A stretch of DNA of 64,000 bases. It comes from Anthoceros angustus. Lineage: Eukaryota > Plantae > Anthocerotophyta. Positions 39,045 through 49,870 of the stretch are shown piece after piece. The notes under the pieces are model-generated. The model was not told where the DNA came from. It worked only from the letters and a program-made list of their open reading frames with translations, and did no database searches. The DNA lies in assembly GCA_010909165.1 (NCBI GenBank), contig MU008159.1, forward strand, positions 1,426,001 to 1,490,000, written 5' to 3'. The translations under genes were made by a program, and so were the position numbers. Each line of letters begins with the position of its first letter. Position 1 is the stretch's first letter.

Positions 39045-41290
39045 AACCCTAACGTAATTTAAATAGTTTCCTAGAGGAATAGAGGTCCGAGTTCGTGGGA
39101 TTTGAGACCCAACTTGAGAATGAGATCTTTAGGCATAGAGGTCCGAATTCGTGGGATCTTGAGACCCAACTTGAGAATGAGACCTTTAGGCGCCAAATTA
39201 TGAGACCTTGAGGTGCAAGACTGTGACAGCTTAAGCAATGATACCATGAGACTTTCAGGTGTGAAATCGTGAGACCTTGAGGCAAGAGACCGTAAGACCT
39301 TGAGGCAAGAGGCCGTGAGACCTTGAGGCAAGAGGCAAGAGACCGTGAGACCTTGAGGCAAGAGACCGTGAGACTTTGAGGCAAGAGACCGTGAGACCTT
39401 GAGGCAAGAGACCATGAGACCTTGAGGCAAGAGACCGTGAGATATTGAAGATTGTAAATTCTCTCTTTTCAAGGTCTCATGGTCTCTTGCCTCAAGGTCT
39501 CATGGTCTCTTGCCTTAAGGTCTCACGGTCTCTTGCCTCAAGGTCTCTTGCCTTAAGGTCTCACGGTCTCTTGCCTCAAGGTCTCACGGTCTCTTGCCTC
39601 AAGGTCTCACGGTCTCCTGCCTCAAAATCTCACGGTCGCCCGCATCAAGGTCTCACAGTCGCCCTCCTCGAGGTCTCATGGTCTCGTCTCCCTCCTCGAG
39701 GTCTCATGGTCTCTCGTCTCCCTCCTCGAGGTCTCATGGTCTCTCGTCTCCCTCCTCGAGGTCTCATGGTCTCTCGTCTCCCTCCTCGAGGTCTCATGGT
39801 CTCTCGTCTCCCTCCTCGAGGTCTCATGGTCTCTCGTCTCCCTCCTCGAGGTCTCATGGTCTCTCGCCTCAACGTCTCACAATTTCCCACATCACAATCT
39901 CACGGTCTCCCACCTCGAGGTCTCGTGTTCTCACGCCTCAAGGTCTCACGGTCCCCAACCTCAAGGTCTCAGAGTCTCTTGCCTCAAGGTCTCACGGTTT
40001 CCGGGTCTAACGAAGTCCAACTTCAAGGTGTCACAGTCTCCCGCCCAAAGGTCTACGGTCTCCGATGTTCTAGCTCCATGTGTCATGGTTTCGGGCCTCA
40101 AGGTCTCATGCCCTCCACCCTCAATGTCTCACGGTTTGAAGCCTCAAGCTCTTATGCCCTGCAACCTCAATGTCTCACGGTTCTAGGCCTCAGGGTCTCA
40201 CGCTCTCCCGTCTCAAGGTCTTAAGATCTCACGGCCTCACGGTTTTGGGCCTCAAGGTCTCACGGTTTTGGGCCTCAAGGTCTCACGGTTTTGGCCTCTA
40301 GGTCTCAAGATCTTAGGGTCTCGTGCCTCAAGGTCTTAGGATCTCATTTGTCAAGGTCTCATGGTCTTAAGGTCTCATGGCTCAAGGTCTTAGGATTTCA
40401 TTCGTGCCTCAAGGTCTTAGGATCTCATTTATCAAGGTCTCACGGTCTTAAGGTCTCATGGCTCAAGGTCTTAGGATTTCATCCATCAGGGTCTAACGAT
40501 CTTAGGGTCTCACGTCTCAAGTTCTCACGGTGTTAGGGTATCACGCCTCAACGTCTTAGGGTCTCACGCCTCAAAGTCTCATGGTCTCCCACTTCAAGAT
40601 CTCATGGTCTCGTGCCTCAAGGTCTTAAGGTCTGGTGCTTCAAGGTCTCATAGTCTCGCACCTCAAAGTCTTATTATACGGAACACAATCTCCCAGTTCA
40701 AGGCTCACCTCAAAGTCTTTTTCTACGGAACACAATCTCCCAGCTCAAGGCTCACCTCAAAGTCTTATTCTACGGAACACAATCTCCCAGCTCAAGGCTC
40801 ACCTCAAAGTCTTATTCTACGGAACACAATCTCCCAGCTCAAGGCTCACGATCTTGCACTTGTGAAGGTCTCACCTCGAGAAACACTGTCTCCGGGCTCA
40901 AGGTCTCAAACATGATCTCTCTTTAGGGGTCAAGATCACTCTAGCACTCAAGGTTTCACTTTAGGGCTCAAGGTCTTATTCTAGGGCTCAAGGTCTCACT
41001 CAAGGGCTCATGATCTCACTCCACGGCTCATGATCTCACTCTAGGGCTCAAGCCCTCTTAGACTCCCTCAAGGGCTCAAGTCTTCACAGTCTCACTCTAG
41101 GAAACATGTTCTAGTGGCTCAAGGTCTCATGGTCTCATTGTCTCAAGCTTGCTCAAGGTCTCACTTTAGGAAACATGGTCTAGCGGCTCAAGGTCTCAAT
41201 TAGGGTTCAACAAAATGATTTTTTAAGGTTCAGCTATATAAATGCATTCAAAATAAAGTCTTTCGCCTCAAGGTCTCACTCTAATAGCTC
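39045..41290. repeat. Complex modular minisatellite/foldback array built on an (A)AGGTCTC core
   Basis: 23-bp units (gtgagaccttgaggcaagagacc) at 39240-39442 are inverted against 39469-39620. 30-bp units x~7 at 39660-39870 and 47-bp units x4 at 40678-40850. Loosely inverted ends (tttcctagag at ~39066 / ctctaggaaa at ~41095). Confidence 0.85.
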
Positions 41291-43843
41291 AAGGTATGAT
41301 GATCTTCATCTTATACAACTATATGATATTATACATGGATAAGTTTTACAAGTACATATTTAATAGTAGTGTAAATTATTAAGTGTTTGACTGTAATCAT
41401 TAAGAATTTTTGCCTTAAGACCTTACCATAGAAGAACGTTGAGACTTTATAAATATTTGCGCAAACAAGGGGAAGTCCTATCTACATTGGGGCGAAGGGG
41501 AATAATGCTCCACAAGGCCCAGGCCAAGGGGAACTAGCGTCCCCCATTCTAAGGTAGGGGCAAAAAGAGTCTTACTTAAGCCTCCTAAGTAGTCCTCCGA
41601 TCAAAGTCCTTGTGAACCATGCCCATGCGGCGCCCTCCGAGGTTAAAATAACTTCGCCCACACGAGGCAAGGTCTATCTCCGATAAACGTGGAAGAAGGG
41701 GGCCAATAAAGAAAATAACCAATAGTTTAAAAAAAGATGAAAAAAATAAAAATAAAAAAAGGGATGGATGAAAGAAGAGAAAGGAGGGCACAACTTTTAA
41801 AAAGAATTTAGAGATAAAATAAAATTAATAGAGATGGAATCAATAAATATATATATAAATAATTTTTAGGTATAATATAAATAAAGATAGAAACATAAAT
41901 AGAGCTCTTATTTTCATTTACTTCTTCATGAATGATAACGAATAGATCTAAATAGGAATAGAGAAGAGTAAATAAAGATAATTGATAGTATTTATAATAA
42001 ATTAATTTAAAATAGGAATTTATTTATCGACTAAATTATATAAAGGTCCTTAAACAAGATTGAAATGAATTGAAAATGTATGATATGGTACAAAAATACT
42101 ACAAACAACTGAATGATATGAAAGAAAAAAGATAAAAAAGGTAGACAAAGATAATTATTTATTTTTATAATAAACTAAGTAGTGAAAAAAACTAAAAAGA
42201 AAAGATTAGAAGTAAAAGAAAGAGGGTATAGAAAGATTATGTTTTAGTTTTATATTGTAAAATTAGATATAAATTAAGGTTCAAAAGGATTATAAAGAAT
42301 TGGAAAAGGTATTGTATGATGCTAAAAAACAGAAACAACAGAACTAAAGTAGACGTTATTAATAGGCGAGATGGGAAATCCCATCTACCCCTAAAGTCCG
42401 AGGAGGAACAATCCAAAAAGGGCTAATAGTAAAAACAATTAGGTCTAGATGTCAATGGTAGGCATATCAAATATTACTATCAATGAGGAAAGGAGAAAAA
42501 ATAGATTGAAGATGCAAAGAGCCTAGGCACATTTCTCCAAGAACTCCGACACGTCCAAACTTCCACTTCAATTTTTCATCCACATGAACCCGTGTCCGAT
42601 TATTGATCACTTATACTTTGGCACCAAAAATACCATCCACCTATTCCTGCATCTGCCATGGCTCCCTCTTCCATCCTTCTACATCCTCCTGCAGTCAACC
42701 CCTCCCGCCCTTGCTCCCGCTTGCATCCTCTCGCAACCGTAAACCCTAGTTCCTTATCAATCCACTTGCTATTAACATGCTCTACTCACTCACTTTACAA
42801 GGAAAGCCTACAAGTGTCAATCCCCAATCTCACTCAATTTTCAAGAAAAGCCTGCATGAGTCAGTCCCTAATAATGTACATAAGTTGTACATGTAATTTG
42901 ATCTCTCTTCCTACGAGAGATCTTGCTTTTGTCAATCCCCCACAACTTCGGATATTAATGTGCTCTGCTACTCATCTTACAAGAAAGCCTCATTTGGGCC
43001 AGTCCGTACTATTATGGGGCATGCAAATTTCTCATATGCAAAATCTTAGGTGTAAGACCTAGTTACTTTCAATGGATGGATGGATGTTATCATGTATACC
43101 TAGTAATTTATATGGTGGATTTGATGAGGTTCCTCTCTTGAATCTAAATATTCATTTTTTTCTCTTTAAGAGATAATAAAAAGGTTTAATAAGATTTACT
43201 ATATACTAATCTTTAAAAGATAAACAGAAATTTGTACTTAGATTGGTCATAGCCCTCACAAGCATGACGGGAGTAGGCACATACATTTTTCAAAATTAAT
43301 ATAAAACTTGTAGGTAGTGGAGAAGTAAAGAAGAACAAAAGTGAACCTCGTGTTACATTCATGTTATTTTAGAACTACAAATTTTTGTTTGATAACATCA
43401 CATAACATGAAAACATGAGTTTCAAACATATGGAAGCAAAAAAACTCATATATACTTTGAAGGCACAAAGCAACTTGATTGTGGTTTGTTCCGCTTACTA
43501 CTAATCTATTAGCATTCACAAAAGAACATACAAGTTTCATCTCAAGTACAAGATGATGTGAAGTTTTTCTCAATGAAACTATTTGCTTTTAAGCATATGA
43601 ATCATTTAAGATTGTGACAAATCTTTTCTGTTTTTTACCTTATAGGCTATGCTGTTGATTCGGGGGGAAAGCTTTTTCTTGCACTGCAATTAGCGTGTTA
43701 GACCACATTAGTACCATTTTCTATTTATATGCAAACTCTAATACTATAACACGTAGTGAGTGTCTAATCACCTTACTCGGTTGATATATATCTGCTACAA
43801 CCAACTAAAATACATACTGTAATAATATTAAGATTTAAATATA

Positions 43844-46800
43844 TTAATTCTGCCAACCCTTTTCTCTTGCCTTTTTCTTAGAGGGATCGTGTAGTTTGTT
43901 TGTAGATTTTTTCTTATTTTTTCCTTTGCGATCTGTGCCTAAATAGCAGCGATCCAATGCTTTTAATGCAAGCTTGTATGTAGTCGACTTTTTGGTTCTC
44001 CCATGCAACTTACAGGGTACATCATCATGATGATTTTCATGTAACTTTGGGTCAACCTCAATTTCATTATTTTGACGGTATGGGGCTTCAATTATTACAG
44101 TCTCAAAAACTTGTTCCCGTTGCTTTAATATTTTTGCTTTTTCTAGATTTTGTAAGACGTTCTCAGTGATGTCATCAATTTCAGAAGAGTCCATGACATT
44201 CAGTAAAGGTATTCTGATATCATCAATGGTTTTTGTACTAGAAGGTATTTTCAATGCTTTCATCCAACTGATGGGAAGCTCTTCTTTGCAACCCCTTCCA
44301 TAACATATACTATCAGCAGAAATTGCAATTGCAAAACAATATGGATGATAAGGGTGACCACAGTGATTCCAAGCCAGATATAGATTATCTATGATAGGTT
44401 GCGCACAAACAGCACATGCTGCACATTCTTGTACTGTTAACCTCTCAGTAGATTTTTTTGTACCAACCACATCTATTGTAGTAAGTGCGCAGTCATATGC
44501 GCTGTCAATAAGCCTTCTATTTTCATCTTCCAACTCTTTAATCCTTGCACATAAAATTTCACTCTTATCCCTTTCTTCCAAAAGGTTTGCATCGAATGTT
44601 TGCAACTCTATAAGCAATCTCTGGTTCTCATCTTGAGCATTGGCCAGTGCCACACCAGATTCTTGCAAACGTAATTGAAGTATTTCATTTTCGCTCTTGG
44701 TTTTAGTTAATGCTTTGTCAAATTCCTTAAGCTTTCTTTCCAAATCTTTCTTCTTCTCGCTCACCTCCCGATTCTAGTAAAGGAAAAGAATTTTTATCCA
44801 TTCTTTCTCGAAAAGATAAAGCTAAAAAAACCTATATTTGAAATTACCTCATTGCTACCTCCTAGGGACTGCAAGGTAGGGAGCCAAGTTTTATTCCATA
44901 TTCCATGTATCTGTTTGGAATTACAATAATAAATGATAGCTTACTACTTTTAAGAAAAATTTAAATGGAAGTTTTGTAAAGTTTTATTCTAACCTTTTTA
45001 TCACTTTCGCCTTCTCCTGCAGTATGTATGATATTATTTAGGCTTTCAATCTTTGCTCTTGATCTTTGATTTTTCTTATTTTTCCTTTGCGATCTGTGCC
45101 TAAATAGCGCGATCCAATGCTTTTAATGCAAGCTTGTATGTAGTCGACTTTTTGGTTCTCCCATGCAACTTACAGGGTACATCATCATGATGATTTTCAT
45201 GTAACTTTGGGTCAACCTCAATTTCATTATTTTGACGTTATGGGGCTTCAATTATTACAGTCTCAAAAACTTGTTCCCGTTGCTTTAATATTTTTGCTTT
45301 TTCTAGATTTTGTAAGACGTTCTCAGTGATGTCATCAATTTCAGAAGAGTCCATGACATTCAGTAAAGGTATTCTGATATCATCAATGGTTTTTGTACTA
45401 GAAGGTATTTTCAATGCTTTCATCCAACCGATGGGAAGCTCTTTGCAACCCTTCCATAACATATACTATCGGTAAATTGCAATTGCAAAACAATATGGAT
45501 GATAAGGGTGACCAGTGATTCCAAGCGGATATAGATTATCTATGATAGGTTTAACAAAGACATGCACATTCTTATCTTATTAACCTCGTAGATTTTTTGT
45601 ACCAACCACATCTATTGTAGTAAGTGCAAATATGCTCAATGCCTTCTATTTTCATCTTCCAACTCTTTAATCCTTGCACATAAAATTTCACTCTTATCCC
45701 TTTCTTCCAAAGGTTTGCATCGAATGTTTGCAACTCTATAAGCAATCTCTGGTTCTCATCTTGAGCATTGGCCAGTGCCACACCAGATTCTTGCAAACGT
45801 AATTGAAGTATTTCATTTTCGCTCTTGGTTTTAGTTAATGCTTTGTCAAATTCCTTAAGCTTTCTTTCCAAATCTTTCTTCTTCTCGCTCACCTCCCGAT
45901 TCTAGTAAAGGAAAAGAATTTTTATCCATTCTTTCTCGAAAAGATAAAGCTAAAAAAACCTATATTTGAAATTACCTCATTGCTACCTCCTAGGGACTGC
46001 AAGGTAGGGAGCCAAGTTTTATTCCATATTCCATGTATACATTGGAATTACAATAATAAATGATAGCTTACTACTTTTAAGAAAAATTTAAATGGAAGTT
46101 TTGTAAAGTTTTATTCTAACCTTTTTATCACTTTCGCCTTCTCCTGCAGTATGTATGATATTATTTAGGCTTTCAATCTTTTGCTCTTGATCTTTGATTT
46201 TTTCTTCTTGTTTTGCTTTACCTTTCTTTTCTTCATTAAGCTCAGCCAACATTTTCTCTTGTTCCAACTCAATCTAAATATAAAATAATTTTTAAAACTT
46301 AATAATAAGTTTAAAGAGTAGATATCCTTATAAGATAGATAACTTAGTCCTCTTGTACAAACTCTTACCTTAAGTAATGCATTTCGAAGATTAAGAATTT
46401 GTTCCTCCAAATGGTCTGAATGTGATTCCTGCAATGCAAATTATCTTCATTATATTTATCATATCAAGTTTCCTAATACTTGGTTGGTGCATGATACACA
46501 AAAACTTGGATATATATTCTTTAATTGAAAACTTTTACCTCTAGCTTTTTGCGCAATTCTTCAATCTCCTTCTTTTGACGCTTTAACAAAGCAGCATCAG
46601 TAAGAATCTGAGTACCATGCGTACCTTTTTAATAAATATGTGTTGATGAATGAATAGTAAATCAACTCCTTTTCTTGCATACTCGTAAAGGTAACTCATC
46701 TAATAGAAAGACCATAAAAAATCACTCTACCTTAAATATAGTTTTAAAAGTACCTCATTGACTTGAGCACAATTGGTTACTCGATTCGCTCGACTAGCGA

Positions 46801-49001
46801 ATTGCAAAGTGCCTCTTGTTTCATCGACATGTACCTTTTCCAAGCAAGAATTGTTTTACAAAGAATACTTTCATCTTTCACTAACAATCTTACAATTTGA
46901 AATAGATAGTCACACTCACCAATGCTGGGGTTATGTTACAAATTACAGCTGTTTTTGCATTTCCACCCAATGCCGGTTGTAATATGCGAGTTAATTTACT
47001 ATCGCGGTATGGAATATGTTGCCTACAAATTTTACATAATTAGTTTGCACCATCATGACTTGCGAGAGAAATTTTCTTTTGGTGATATTACCTTTGTTTC
47101 TCACTTGGATCACTTAATTTGTGTATTACTGTTCCAAGGGTACTTAAACTTTTGTTTATATAGATTCCCTCTCGTAGACGAATTCCTTCAGATCCTGTTT
47201 TATTGAAGCGCTCTGATCCAGCAAGGTCCACCAAGTTCTGAGTCAATCAAAAATTGTTGAGCACCCAAAGGTTACGATGCTTCATATATATGTTTGTACA
47301 ATAGAATGTTATCATTTTGTACTAAATGCAAGTATGTCTTCAGTTATTGGAACTTACAAGAAAGGGTGACGAGGTGTTCTCTGAATGCACTAGAGATCCA
47401 TTAATTCTCAATATATGCATGAAACCATCTAGAACAAACAAAACAAAATAAAAAAGTATCTTTTAATATCCAAAAAATGTGAAAAGACTTTACCAGAACA
47501 GATACTCGAATAGCATCATCAAATTGATTAGTTTCTTTGTCATTGTTTTTTGGCATTGTTCGGCTTTCAATCACCTACATTAATGCATATGTTATAATTA
47601 ACATTGGAATAGAAATTTCTTCAAGGAATTATTAGTCGCTATGCGCAGCAGAAGATACCATTCGAAGAATTGTATGTGATCTGCTGCTGTGTAGATTCAT
47701 GTTGGTTTCACCAACTTGGCGATAAACTGCAGTTTTGTTGAAAATGCTTAATTATTCCTGAGGATTTATCTTGTATGAGCAGCTATCACAAATACTAGTG
47801 ATATGTAAGATGAATTTTCCAAGGTATGCAAGATGAATTTTCCAAGGTATTCAAGCTGGTCTTTTGAATCTAAAATTTTTAAATATATATATATGTGAAT
47901 CAAGAATGAACATATATTACCTTCTCCCATATCCACAAGTTCAAGTACTTGTTCAGGGGTTGAAACTATTTCTTCTCTGAGTCCCGCTACAAAAATGCCT
48001 CTCTGCAAAGTTTGTGAAAAACTTAGAAAACATTTATTTTATTTGAGACAAGGAACTTTCACCAATCAATAATAAAAATAAGTGATTTACCTCTTGGTTT
48101 TCATGAACTCTTAACTTCCTATTTTCAGGTGCTAATAAATCATTAACTTCTTCATTATAAATCTCTAGATAAGATACTCGTAATAAAAACTCTCTCTCAA
48201 CAACCTGGGCATTTTATCCAATTAATTTAGAATAAACTTGGAACCAAATACCTAAAATTAAAATTTCAACATTTGAATCATTCGACGCCTCTCACTGTAA
48301 ATATAGGCACTTACAAAAAATTTCAAGCATCTTTATTTTATTTCTTTGTATCATTATTGTTATGGAGATTTTACCTCCATGCTATACTTGAAAACGTCTC
48401 GAACTGCAAGTGGAATTATTCCCGGTTCTAGATTTGTTCCAAGCATAGTGTAAGTCTTTCCACTACTTGTCTGACCATATGCAAATATTGTTGCTGAAAC
48501 ATACAGAAATATTTTTAGCCATGCATATTTTGATATAAAAATACATTTTAGACCCTATGAAGCCTAGAGCATTGTCTCCTATTTTTCAATTTCATTCTTC
48601 TATCTCATTGAAAAAACCAAAGAAAAGAATAGAGCTTTGGTGTTTTAACCATTAAAGCCATCCACAGTTGACGCGATGATATTTTTGACAAAGGAATCAT
48701 AAATATGAGAGTTTGTATACTCTGTCCCAAAAACTTTATCTGGAAGATAAATATAGCCAAGTTGGTTCCATTGACTATAAGAATTTGTGCTTTTCTATCA
48801 GAGCTTCAAAAAAAAACACACAATGGCACTTTGAATTGGGCATGAGTGCATACCAAAAGAAAAAATAGGCCCTCGAACATTGTTACCAGTAAAGGCATTA
48901 TTTAATGCAATTGCATTGTTATATATATTCCAAGGGCTACCTAGCATGCGAGCCCTTTCATCAAGTTGTCTCACTCGAATTGACACACTAATATTTTCCA
49001 T
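43844..49001 (-). CDS. Kinesin-7 (CENP-E-like, KIN7N/KIN7O-type motor) with coiled coil and C-terminal RING-H2-like finger; AT-rich, multi-exon
   Basis: Exons read [18 protein letters not shown]...[17 protein letters not shown] (P-loop), [75 protein letters not shown] and [22 protein letters not shown]. Terminal ORF 43844..44764. A 1-nt deletion occurs near 47170. Confidence 0.85.
43905..46200. repeat. ~1.15-kb tandem duplication of the kinesin 3' exons; the inner copy (45066-46200) is indel-riddled
   Basis: tttgcgatctgtgcctaaatag occurs at ~43925 and ~45086. [11 protein letters not shown] ORFs start at 44764 and 45892. The junction has T-run microhomology at ~45068. Confidence 0.85.
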
Positions 49002-49292
49002 GATTGTTATCTTGATAACACTATGAGAATTCTAGTTTCATTTTGATGCTCCACTATAGTAGATGAAACACAATATGAAATGACTCTAAATTCACCCATT
49101 GGTTGTGAATCTAGACATCTTGTACATGTCTTAGTAAATCCTAGACGACTTCTTCTTCTTCTATTGTACTCATGCACATTGTCTTGATGGTGAAGCACAT
49201 GGCTTCTTTCCACTAAAATATGAAATAGGTGTTTGACTCCTCTCCTCCTCCCCTACTCAAAGAGGAAACTCTTTCCAAAAACCATTGTATGT

Positions 49293-49535
49293 CCGTCATC
49301 TTGCCATTTTGTAGGAAAGAGATAATTCCGTCATCTTGCCATTTTGTAGGAAAGAGATAATTCCGTCATCTTGCCATTTTGTAGGAAAGAGATAATTCCG
49401 TCATCTTGCCATTTTGTAGGAAAGAGATAATTCCGTCATCTTGCCATTTTGTAGGAAAGAGATAATTCCTTCATCACGTCACTTTGTAGAAAATTGATAA
49501 TTCCTTCATCTTGACAGTTTGTAGAAAAATAATAG
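49293..49535. repeat. 35-bp tandem repeat (5 perfect + 2 degenerate copies) between the divergent kinesin and DWF5 starts
   Basis: ccgtcatcttgccattttgtaggaaagagataatt at 49293, 49328, 49363, 49398 and 49433. Confidence 0.95.
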
Positions 49536-49870
49536 GTCTGATATTTCATCCTTTTTTCTTAGGAAGAGTATACTAAATAAGAGAAAGATTAAAAATATTA
49601 TATCTAACAGAATAAAAATAAAATATATCTTAATAAGGACTGCAACACCCTGCAAACAGTGTACCTACCTGTTAACAATAAGAAATAAGGAGAAAAGTAT
49701 ATGTATAAGGTGAAAATGCTTAGGTAGCAGATCCGACAGAACTTCTGTAAGTACAGTGGATGTAGTGGAATCGAGGCAACAGGAACACGGAGAGTTCAAG
49801 GAGTCGTGGCAGCAGAAGCATGGAGTTATAGTGAAAGCGGCAGCCTGGAGGGCTGGTTGTGAAGCAAGGA

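Noticed and set aside
39042-39051. Interstitial telomeric repeat (CTAAACCCTA)
   Set aside because: Only about one and a half units, which is expected by chance.
41440-42660. LINE or organellar-derived coding remnants in AT-rich DNA
   Set aside because: Short stop-riddled frames without a motif I can name.
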